A stretch of 64,000 nucleotides of DNA, taken from IMG/VR virus record IMGVR_UViG_3300032053_000038, positions 13,807 to 77,806 of that record, one strand, 5' to 3'. Both the position numbers and the translations under genes were made by a program. The stretch's first letter is position 1; each line of letters begins with the position of its first letter. The DNA is from a virus. This document shows positions 47,448 through 56,700 of the stretch, piece by piece. The notes under the pieces are model-generated. The model was not told where the DNA came from. It saw only the letters and a list, made by a program, of their open reading frames with translations, and searched no databases.

Positions 47448-48416
47448 TTAGAGGTCAATGCGTACGATTCCCTTGGCGTATCGGATAACGAACCCGATAT
47501 CTTCCCAAATAGCAAATACATCAGCAAATTTATTGGAATCCTTTAGGGTCTCTACGGAAACGTCTGTACGAACAGCTAGTACACCAAGGTAATCAGCCGG
47601 AGCTAGTACGTATACCATGTTGTCGGGGACGATAATGTCCTCTAGTACCTCTACGCCCCAAATGCTTCCAACGCGGCCAGCCTTAAGAGCCTGATCCTGG
47701 AAGTTAGGTGCGAAGATACCTGCACCGCCGTTCATGCCAACGACGCTATTAAACAGCATTAGGTCGCGACCACGAACTGGGTTCATGAAGACCTTATTTG
47801 CGACAAGTAGCTTAGAACGAAGAGCTACGATACCCTCTACGAGAGACTCCATTGAAACCTTTGTAAGACCTACGGATGTGGTTACAACGGTAGGGTTAGC
47901 ACTTGTTGCATCCGAGCCAGCGAGAGAAACAACTTCAGGCTGGTTAGTTAGATTAGACGCATACTCGAGGAGTGCGTATCCACGGCCATCTTCCTGGAAC
48001 TGAATGGAAGCCTTACCGCGCTCTTGCGCACGATTGAGAATGTCAAACTTACGGAAGTTTGACTCGTTCCAACGTACCATAGGACGAACGGTAATTGGAG
48101 ACGTCTCACAACGAATACGATCGGATCTAACTTCTAGCTGCTCTGGAAGACCCTCGATAGAGATTCGAGCTGCGGGAACGTCAAGGTCCGCATCGAAGAC
48201 TGCCTCTTCACCTAGGGCTAACTTATAAGTCTGATAGATCTGACGAATTCGACCTTCGAATAATAGATCGCGCTTTAGCGGCGATAACATCTGCTGTGCG
48301 ATCTTCTGAAGCCCACCAGGAGAATTCATCAGCCTGGAAAGCCTTTCCTCTACCTGTGAACTGGTGAGGTTAATACCATAGACCTGCTCATCCGCAGGAG
48401 TGTTTTTCTGTTCCAT
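47448..48416 (-). CDS. Major capsid protein (HK97 fold)
   Basis: 322 aa after the protease and decoration genes; RKFDILNRAQERGKASIQFQED, GRVGSIWGVEV, VYVLAPADYLG; followed by a strong hairpin. Confidence 0.88.
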   Translation of the reverse strand: MEQKNTPADEQVYGINLTSSQVEERLSRLMNSPGGLQKIAQQMLSPLKRDLLFEGRIRQIYQTYKLALGEEAVFDADLDVPAARISIEGLPEQLEVRSDRIRCETSPITVRPMVRWNESNFRKFDILNRAQERGKASIQFQEDGRGYALLEYASNLTNQPEVVSLAGSDATSANPTVVTTSVGLTKVSMESLVEGIVALRSKLLVANKVFMNPVRGRDLMLFNSVVGMNGGAGIFAPNFQDQALKAGRVGSIWGVEVLEDIIVPDNMVYVLAPADYLGVLAVRTDVSVETLKDSNKFADVFAIWEDIGFVIRYAKGIVRIDL

Positions 48417-48430
48417 TTTCTTTATCTCCG

Positions 48431-48910
48431 TTAGATGGTTAGCTTGAGCTGGAGTCGCATGGTTGTAGCGTTACCGGCATTGACTACCTTCATGCAGTAT
48501 CCAACAAGCATATTTCCAGCGGCGTCCGCTGTGCTAAGACCAGAACCATTAGCATAAACTGGCTTGTTAAGAGCATATGGTGCTACAGGGGCTAATACAA
48601 ACGGATTCCCTGTACCATCATTATATAGCTCAAATACGCCGCCGTTAAGGAAACAACCAATGAGACCACCACGGTTGAAATTCGTGTAGTCATATCCTAC
48701 ACCAACCGTAAGGCCGCCAGCACCCTGTAGGGGCTGTGTAACATTTGAGTCAGAAGCGAGCCCGAGGGGCACCGTTCCACCAGCAGCTAAAAACGGCTTA
48801 ACTGTGTCAGCAGTATCTAGCTGGATAGCTACACCAGCGATAATGCTCGCACCTACTGATGGTAGTCGGCCACCGTCTCGGCTAACTTCCTTTAGGATTC
48901 TAATAGCCAT
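48431..48910 (-). CDS. Head decoration/cement protein
   Basis: 159-aa G/A-rich protein between scaffold and major capsid genes. Confidence 0.65.
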   Translation of the reverse strand: MAIRILKEVSRDGGRLPSVGASIIAGVAIQLDTADTVKPFLAAGGTVPLGLASDSNVTQPLQGAGGLTVGVGYDYTNFNRGGLIGCFLNGGVFELYNDGTGNPFVLAPVAPYALNKPVYANGSGLSTADAAGNMLVGYCMKVVNAGNATTMRLQLKLTI

Positions 48911-49021
48911 TCTATTCTCCGATTTGGATTAATTTGAAAAACTTTCGTCATCTATCTTTTCTTTTTCTTTTCTGGTACGATTGACCTCGCACCTATCCAC
49001 TCTGCGCTGCTTTGCTAATAC

Positions 49022-51763
49022 TTACTGATTACGACTCTTTTGTGAACCCATCTGGTTGAAAACACCATTGAGCCAGGTATCTTCTACCATATTCTCGTTA
49101 TAATGAAGGTTGAATGCCTTCTTCAGCATTCCCGGCTTTGCACTCGACCGCATCTTCATCCTGGTTACTGTCTGTGCGAAGGCTTTTAGTGTAGGTTCCT
49201 CCATTGCTAGGAGGTCTTTGCATTGCTTATCAATTGCGTTCTTAAGTGCGGCCGCTCGTGCATCGAAAAGCGGCTTTCCAGAAGCAACTTCGGCCTGAAT
49301 GTCAGCCTCATCTGGAGAGATGAGATCTTTATCAAGCATCTCACTTACTATCATTTGACAGCGGCCTACCTTCTCACGAAGGGACTGCTCTATCTTCATC
49401 TGGCGTAGCTGAGCCTCTAGCTCACGCTCACGCTCTGAAACTTGTGGAGCTTCTACAACAGGTTCCTCTACCTTAGGAGTTTCCTCAGCCTTCTTCTCTA
49501 TAATAGGCTGTTCCGGTACTACGGGAATTTCAGGCTTTACTTCTTCGGTCTTAGGAGTTTCGACTACAGGAGTTTCAACCTTAGGAAGTTCCTCAGCAGT
49601 CTTTTCCATTTTCTCTTCCTTTGGTTTCTCTTCCTTCTTAGCAAAGGGATTTTCTCCCTTTTCTTTAGGCTCGGGCTTCTCTTCCTTGGGCTCGGGCTTC
49701 TCTTCCTTGGGCTCGGGCTTCTCTTCTTTCTTCTCTTCCTTCTCCGCAGCCTTCTCCTCTTTAGCCTTTGCCTTATCAGCAGCAGCCTGTTCCTTCTCAG
49801 CTTCCTTTGCAGCCTTTTCCTCGGCCTTTGCAAGGGCTAACTCTAACTTCTCAACAGCCTTATGTGCAGCGGCTAGTGCCTTTGTAATGTCCTTTGATTC
49901 GCCGATGGCGCCAAGGAGCTCTTCCATATGCTCCATCTTTCCATGATCATCACCAGTGAGATACTCACACTTTCCAGCACCAGGAAGATCACCAACGGGA
50001 GCTTCAACCGGAGGCATCTCTGCCATAGGCTTTACTTCAGGAGCTAGCTCAACGGGCTTCTCCATTAGAGGAGCCTCGGGCATATCAGGAGCAGCAGTCT
50101 TCTCCATGTACTCTGACTTTGCCTTAGGACCACCACCGCCAGCTGCGCTATATTGACTCTTTCCAATAGCCTTCGAGGAAGGAGCCTTATCCCCACCTGC
50201 CCAACCTGGACCCTTCTGGGCTGGAGGTGCGCTGCCGCCTGACATATCAACACCCTCTTCTAGTTCCTTCATCTTTACTGGATGAGAAGGAGCTGCAGGT
50301 GTATACTGATCTCGACCGATTGGCTTCTGTGAAGGCCACTCTTCTCCCTTTCCAACCTGACCGCGCTGGGCAGGAGGAGTAGGCTTTGTAGCAAGATCGA
50401 GACCTTCTGGATGAGACTTAGATGCTTCAGCATAAATTGTTGCGTTGGTTAACTTAGCAACCTTCTCAACACCATCTTCCTGTAGTCGCTGAAGTAGTGC
50501 TTCACCGTAATCGGCAGAAGCTGCATAATCAATAACATCATTGAGACGCGTACCCCAGATAGAATTCAGAGTAGCCTTTAACATTGGTCTACCAGAATCT
50601 GTTACTACCCAATAGGAGCTTCCCATCTCTGACTTTGCGACGAAAATAGCCTTTAGAGTGGACTTTAATTCTTCAGTCTTAGGAGTTTCAACTACAGGAG
50701 TTTCAACCTTGGGAGCTTCAACTACTGGAGCGGGAACTTCTACCTTCGGGGTTTCTTCAGCCTTAACTTCAACCTTTGGCTCTTCAGGTTTAGTTATTTC
50801 AACTACTGGAGCGGGGACTGGAGTAATTTCTTCAGCCTTAACTTCAACTTTCTTCGTCATAAAATCTAAAAGGTCCATGTAGTCAAGAGCTGATAGTTTC
50901 TCCTTAAAAAGCTTTTGAATGCGTGACTCCTTGGACTTTTCCTCTATGTTAGGATTTTCCGGAGCGGCTACGGGTGCTACATCGGTGGGTTTCTCCACTT
51001 CCTTTTCCTCACCTTCCTTCTTCATGTTATCTGAGGCCATTTTGAGTAAATCCTCCAAATCTTTCACCATGTCTGGTGTTACTTTGCTTTCCTTTAACTT
51101 GGCAATCACCTGCACAATCTTTGCGTTATTCCATGCCGGCACGTTAACCACGGATAGCTCCGTGAAGTTTAAGCCCTGATTGATTGCGAACGCTCTCGTC
51201 GCTGATCCCTTCTTAATTCCGTAATCGGGGAAGTCTAGCTCGGAAACATATTCCTTCAGAAGTCCATGCGACATATGGTCGCATTTGTCATCTTGGTCAG
51301 AGTGAATAGTACAACCACAGATAGAGCACGTGGAACTCTCTACGCTGCAACCCATAGAACATGAGTCAAGAATTCCAGTGGAAACTTGTCTGGCTAGATC
51401 AGGGTGGGCAAAGGCGTCGATCTTAGCTAGACACTCAATATACTTCTCACCTGTGGAGGGATCTATTACTGGGTAAGCATCTAAAACTTTACCAATTGCA
51501 TTTCGGGGATCGCCCGAATTGTGATTAAGAAAAAGATTACGACCGATAAAGGATGAAAAACTCTTTAGTAATTGTGCCCAAGGAAAATAGTCACCATTAC
51601 CATTGGGTTCATCTCCCGAAATTGCTTTAGCCGCAAAATATAGAAAATCCCCACCACCAGCATACTTCTTTTCTGAAGGTATTTCTTTCTTTCCCTTGGA
51701 AACTACCTCATCAAGCTTGCCCGCTTTTCTTATCTGAAGAAGTACGCCACGTTTTATTAGCAT
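49022..51763 (-). CDS. Prohead protease fused to scaffold-like region
   Basis: PNGNGDYF, FLNH, IGKVLDA, CSMGC..CSICG..CDH and FTELSVVNVPA, then a long E/K/P-rich region and a coiled coil. Confidence 0.85.
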   Translation of the reverse strand: MLIKRGVLLQIRKAGKLDEVVSKGKKEIPSEKKYAGGGDFLYFAAKAISGDEPNGNGDYFPWAQLLKSFSSFIGRNLFLNHNSGDPRNAIGKVLDAYPVIDPSTGEKYIECLAKIDAFAHPDLARQVSTGILDSCSMGCSVESSTCSICGCTIHSDQDDKCDHMSHGLLKEYVSELDFPDYGIKKGSATRAFAINQGLNFTELSVVNVPAWNNAKIVQVIAKLKESKVTPDMVKDLEDLLKMASDNMKKEGEEKEVEKPTDVAPVAAPENPNIEEKSKESRIQKLFKEKLSALDYMDLLDFMTKKVEVKAEEITPVPAPVVEITKPEEPKVEVKAEETPKVEVPAPVVEAPKVETPVVETPKTEELKSTLKAIFVAKSEMGSSYWVVTDSGRPMLKATLNSIWGTRLNDVIDYAASADYGEALLQRLQEDGVEKVAKLTNATIYAEASKSHPEGLDLATKPTPPAQRGQVGKGEEWPSQKPIGRDQYTPAAPSHPVKMKELEEGVDMSGGSAPPAQKGPGWAGGDKAPSSKAIGKSQYSAAGGGGPKAKSEYMEKTAAPDMPEAPLMEKPVELAPEVKPMAEMPPVEAPVGDLPGAGKCEYLTGDDHGKMEHMEELLGAIGESKDITKALAAAHKAVEKLELALAKAEEKAAKEAEKEQAAADKAKAKEEKAAEKEEKKEEKPEPKEEKPEPKEEKPEPKEKGENPFAKKEEKPKEEKMEKTAEELPKVETPVVETPKTEEVKPEIPVVPEQPIIEKKAEETPKVEEPVVEAPQVSERERELEAQLRQMKIEQSLREKVGRCQMIVSEMLDKDLISPDEADIQAEVASGKPLFDARAAALKNAIDKQCKDLLAMEEPTLKAFAQTVTRMKMRSSAKPGMLKKAFNLHYNENMVEDTWLNGVFNQMGSQKSRNQ
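49665..49730 (-). repeat. Three 21-bp coding repeats (KEEKPEP)
   Basis: ggctcgggcttctcttcctt-type units in tandem. Confidence 0.85.
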
Positions 51764-52359
51764 GGGTGATTCTCAACAATTTTATGACACTTGTCAATAA
51801 AAGCTTTTAAACCTAAGGAGCACTTCATAAAATTACATTGGCGACAACAAGCAACGATATTATCTACGGAATATCCTTTAGAGTTGTCGATACGATCTAA
51901 TCCAATAGTAGATAGACCATCATGGCAGTAGAAACAGGACTTCTGCCAGAACGTCATAAATTGTTCGAAGGTAAGAGAAAAAGAGGCAGCTTCTCCTTTT
52001 CGTGTTTTTGCTGAACATTTGTAAGAAGAAAAGATCTTTTTAGGAGAAGTGCGACTATACTGAAGTTCACAGGCTTTACAAGTTGATTTATAATATCCCT
52101 GACCCTTCATAAAAAGACTCACAGCCATCTTTTTATGACATTTAGTACAAACTTTTTCAGTTTGACGCTGGGTTGCTATTTTTCTTGCTAGATGTCGACA
52201 GTCATTATTGCAGTACTTTTGATTAAGACACTCCCATGACTTAAACTCTTTAGAACAGTTTAAGCACTTTTTTGTGATAAAAGTAACCGCTTTCTCTGCA
52301 TTAATCGGAATTGACATCTTATTCGAGAGGTAGTTGTTTACCGGCTCTAACATCTTCAA
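51757..52359 (-). mobile_element. Free-standing HNH endonuclease gene (probable start 52317)
   Basis: CFYC..GLDRIDNSKGYSVDNIVACCRQCNFMK with N-terminal zinc fingers. Confidence 0.85.
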
Positions 52360-52543
52360 GTAGTTTAACGAAATGCTCGAGTAATTGATAATAGTCGTCT
52401 TTTAAATTTTTTCTGTATTGTTCGAATGAGCGGTCAGACATTCCAGACATGCGACCGTAGTCTAGTGCCTTACCCATTAACTTCTGCATGAAAAGTCGTA
52501 GTAATTGTGCTTCAGGAGTTCCATCTTGCTCTTCTAGTTCCAT
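52319..52543 (-). CDS. Hypothetical helical protein
   Basis: 74 aa, GGAGA RBS. Confidence 0.6.
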   Translation of the reverse strand: MELEEQDGTPEAQLLRLFMQKLMGKALDYGRMSGMSDRSFEQYRKNLKDDYYQLLEHFVKLLEDVRAGKQLPLE

Positions 52544-52671
52544 TTCTTTTTCTCCAAAGTAAAAGACGACACAAAGTCGCCTGAATTCTTATCTGTTCTG
52601 GATATACACCAAGACTACGCCACTATAATATATAAGAAAAATATAATAATTTTGTCGAAATGTTTCCGAGG

Positions 52672-53184
52672 CTACGACAACTTTTCGATTGTATCGTTGA
52701 GTTCCGCTTTTTTGGTGAACTCTACAGCCTCATTTTCCGTCGCGAAATTTCGGGTGTGCCTTGTTGTGACGACGGTTTGCCAAGTTCCCGTTCTCTTATT
52801 AAAACGAATTTCCTTCCACTTAGTAGTTTCAGGTTCACGAATCTTACCAGGAAGCTTCCCGCCCTTATCTCCAGGCAAGGAAGGAGGAACTTCTGTAATT
52901 TTCTCTCTCGCTTCGGGTACTGACATCTCTGGAGGAAGCTTTGGTAAAGAAGGCATCTGTTTAGAAGCTGCTTCCTTAATAAGACCCATCTGTACAGCTA
53001 ATTGAGAAATCGCATAATTAGCAAAATTAACTAGAAAGTCAATCTCGGAAAGAGCGGTAAGTTTGTCTTCGTCCTCTCCAACCTTTTCCTTTAATTCGGA
53101 GTAGATGGGATCTTGTAAATTTACTTTAGTTTTTTCTTCTTCCGATTCAGAAGCGACTTTAGAAATCCAACTAGGAATTTTCAT
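52672..53184 (-). CDS. Hypothetical head-region protein
   Basis: 170 aa, charged, contains three KxA motifs. Confidence 0.6.
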   Translation of the reverse strand: MKIPSWISKVASESEEEKTKVNLQDPIYSELKEKVGEDEDKLTALSEIDFLVNFANYAISQLAVQMGLIKEAASKQMPSLPKLPPEMSVPEAREKITEVPPSLPGDKGGKLPGKIREPETTKWKEIRFNKRTGTWQTVVTTRHTRNFATENEAVEFTKKAELNDTIEKLS

Positions 53185-53439
53185 TTACTTTTCCTCTTTA
53201 ATTTCGGTAGCCCCAAGCTTTTTGAGTTCTTCCTTAAGTGTTGGTACCTCTTCGCTATCGATAGCTCCAACTGCTTTAGCTAAACCAATTTCAACTAAAT
53301 GTTCAAAAAATTTGTTCCATTCTTCTGGAGTATCCACGTGAGTCTTATTGTCGATCATCCAGTCTTCTAAAGCGTCTGCTAGCGCGCCAGCTTTTGCAAG
53401 GAGAATTACCCGCTGCATAAAACCTCCAGAGGTTAACAA
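53185..53439 (-). CDS. Hypothetical head-region protein (probable start 53418)
   Basis: GGAGG precedes MQRVILLAKAG. Confidence 0.55.
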   Translation of the reverse strand: MLTSGGFMQRVILLAKAGALADALEDWMIDNKTHVDTPEEWNKFFEHLVEIGLAKAVGAIDSEEVPTLKEELKKLGATEIKEEK

Positions 53440-53690
53440 TTCTCTATTTTGTTACACGTATTACAAACTGGGCACTTAATCTCTAGATTTTGAACCTTTG
53501 CAATCAGGTCAATGTCTTTGCGCTTAACGCTAACAAGATCATTATCCATTTTAGCAAGTAATTTCCCACACTTAATACATCTCGCTAATTTATTGGAACT
53601 AACAATCTGTTCCTTGAGGTGTTCGAAGTCTTTCTCGCTAGATACAACTGTCCTTATCTTACCGGGCGAACCTGTCTTATTTATAGACAT
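53433..53690 (-). CDS. Mu Com-like zinc-ribbon protein
   Basis: RCIKCGKLLAK...LEIKCPVCNTCN. Confidence 0.7.
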   Translation of the reverse strand: MSINKTGSPGKIRTVVSSEKDFEHLKEQIVSSNKLARCIKCGKLLAKMDNDLVSVKRKDIDLIAKVQNLEIKCPVCNTCNKIENC

Positions 53691-53709
53691 ATATGCTCCT
53701 AATTAATAT

Positions 53710-56700
53710 TTATACTACTGGTGCACCTATTTCTGGTCCAGTTGGAGGTGCAGAAGGTGCTTCGGGTCCAGCTGGAGGCGCTTCAGGACCAATCTCAGGA
53801 CCACCACCTAATGATGGAGCTCCTACTTCGCCTCCTAACTCTGGCATACCTGGAGTAGCTGGCGTCCCTCTTCCCTGCATAGGTGTAAGAACTCCCTGAG
53901 GAAGTCGCTTATCTCCTTTATCAAATACTGTACCACGTTCCTTCTCTAAATGTAGTCCTTCAGTTTCATAATCTAGATCAGCAAACTTGCCAAAGAGGGT
54001 CTTTGTACTAATGATTCCCTTTCCCCACATATCAAAGTATAATTTTCTTTCTACTTCTCTTTCTTCGAGGTCTAATGACTTATACCAAGAAATGGTAGGA
54101 AGGATGTATTTCTTTTTTCCTCTTACAATTTTATACAAATCATTCTTTACCGCGAGTGGACGGAAGAAGTTTTTAATCATCCAGTTTTCGAACTGATCTC
54201 TAATAGCCTTATATACCATCATAAGCTTGTGCAGGGACATTGTTCTAGCATTAGAGTTACCTGTAATGATAAAACGCCCACCCCGTTCTACCACCCACGT
54301 AGAATTAGGCGTAGTAGGGCACCATACCTTGCCCTTGTAGGACACTCTGGAGGTATGCGGCGTATTTCCGACGCCCTTGATTCCCGAACGATCAAGAATG
54401 AAAGAAGCGTTCTTTTTTTCACTCCAGCATACGTGGTGGATATCATTACCTGCTGTTGTTTTATGCAAAGACATATGGGGAGTGTCTTTGAGCTTAAGAC
54501 TGATTTCCACCACATCTTCTGCTAGCTGTGTAGATACTGTATGATACGTGAAGTATTTAGCTTTCGCCTTGGCAGATTTACCTGTAGCTTTATGAATAGA
54601 CCCATCTCCCTTCATCATAGCATCCCGCAGAATTTTCAAATACTTCGGCGATAGATCTTTAATCCATTGAGGAATTCGCTTATTAAAAGCCCCTTTACCA
54701 AAGTTATCGATAAAGTATTGTGCCAAATCTTTACTGCCGATAGCCCATGAAACCACTGTATGATCTTTTTCTAGCGTCGTCACACGCTGAGACTTATAGG
54801 AGGAAGTTCCAGTATACTTATTAACTTTGAAAGGAAGCTTTTCTACCAGTCGCTCAAAGTCGTTGAAATATCTACTAACCAAGCTCTGCGAAAAGCCTAC
54901 TTGATACGCCGCATTAGTTTCCCCATCATATTCTTTGTAAGTAACATACCCTTCCGCCAGCCAATAACCCACCCACTCAAGATAATCTTCAATCGGTACC
55001 TGCTTACCAAGAACATCTACAAACGAAGAAGGACTACTTCCAACCCAATCCATGCCCAACTGAAAATGAGCGCGATGGCTTACTTTGTCAGCCTCCACAA
55101 ACTGCCAACGATCTTTATCTTTCTTTGTCGTCTGAGGCTTAACCCAGCAGCGATGATTAGGAGTAACCATGTGGTCGATCTTTTGGGTCTTGAAGTGGAT
55201 CATTTCGCCATCATGGTCGAAAACATTAATACGCGACGCTCTCTGGTACTCCAACTGATTTGTTTTAGGATTTAAGGTAGCTAGCTCATCTGTTTCTGTG
55301 ATTTGCCAGTAATACTTTAATCCGTTACGAGTCAACGCGCGATCTTCCGCAGGTACGCAGAAACTAGGACCCTCTCCTAAAATTAGATTCTTGTTAACAC
55401 CTAATCCTACAAGGATCTGGTCATGAATATATTGGTACTGATTTGTTACTTCTGGGAAGTAAGACTTTCCTGAAGTAGTTAATGATTCATACTTGACTAC
55501 TGGAGGAAATACCAGAGCGAACGGTGGGTTCTGAACAGCTAAATTAATCGTATTCTTAAATGTTTCTAGCTCATCCTCAGTAGGCCAAACTCCCGCGGCC
55601 GCATCTCCAATAGTCCATAGCTCTACAGGGAATACATACCGCTGAGCGAAGGCGGCTTGAGCTAAACGAATCCAGTCCTGATAGATGAGAATCTTGAACA
55701 GGGACTGAATAATAGGAGTACCCCTAGTAGCAGACGGGTCTGTAATACGACCAATTTGACTCACACATGCGCTATCGAGAGGAATAAGTCTATTATTGTT
55801 AATGCTCTCTAGTACGATTTCAGGAATATTCTTTCTTCGTTCCACAGCTACCGGATCAGAAGCCTTAACAATCTGTTTTAGTTCTTCAGTGGGCACTAGT
55901 TCAAAACGGGGCTCACCTTCGAACATCTCTTGGCGAATTTCAATGAGTTCAGGTTCTAGAAGGATAAACTTCTCCCATTTCCACTTTCCGTCTTCCTCGT
56001 CTTTGATCATACTACCGAAAGGAATAGCTTCACCAAACTTCCAGTAGCTTAGACTTGCTCTCCTAATAAAGTCATAAAGATCGAAAGTTTCGCTGAAAGC
56101 AACATCTTTATAAAATTCAGTTACCGACGGATCCTCTGTAATAATGTCAAACTTGCTAAAAGGATAGTCAGCGTGCATCATAATAATACTCTGGATGTAC
56201 GCTTCTAAGTTAAAGAAAATTCTGCAGTTATGTACCAATACCGGAGCTACGTAAGTATGATCCTCAGTTTGTAAGTCGTACCCCCAAGCATCTTCTGCGT
56301 AAGTAGTTACTTCTCTAACAGGAAGATAAAAGTTCTTATCATCTTCAAGATATTTGATTACACGCGACTTAGTCTCAGTAGCTTCAAGATTTTCATACCC
56401 ATCAAAAAGACGTCCACACATCTCACCAGTGATAGTCGTATAGTAAACAAAAGAAGCTACATTAAGTTCTTTATCCTTAAACTTAAAAGATTTTCCTTTA
56501 GTATCATACTTAGTAAGTGAACCTAGAACATTAATCTTTGTGAGAAGAAGATTAATCTGATAAGCAAGATTTTCTGATACCGTAGAACAAGAGATAACGG
56601 GTAAGCCTGCTACATTCTTAGTAAAGCTACCATCTCCCTTAAAATAACCTTGCAAGAATGACTTCACAATTTCAGGAGACGCATTCATTATAAAGGAAGG

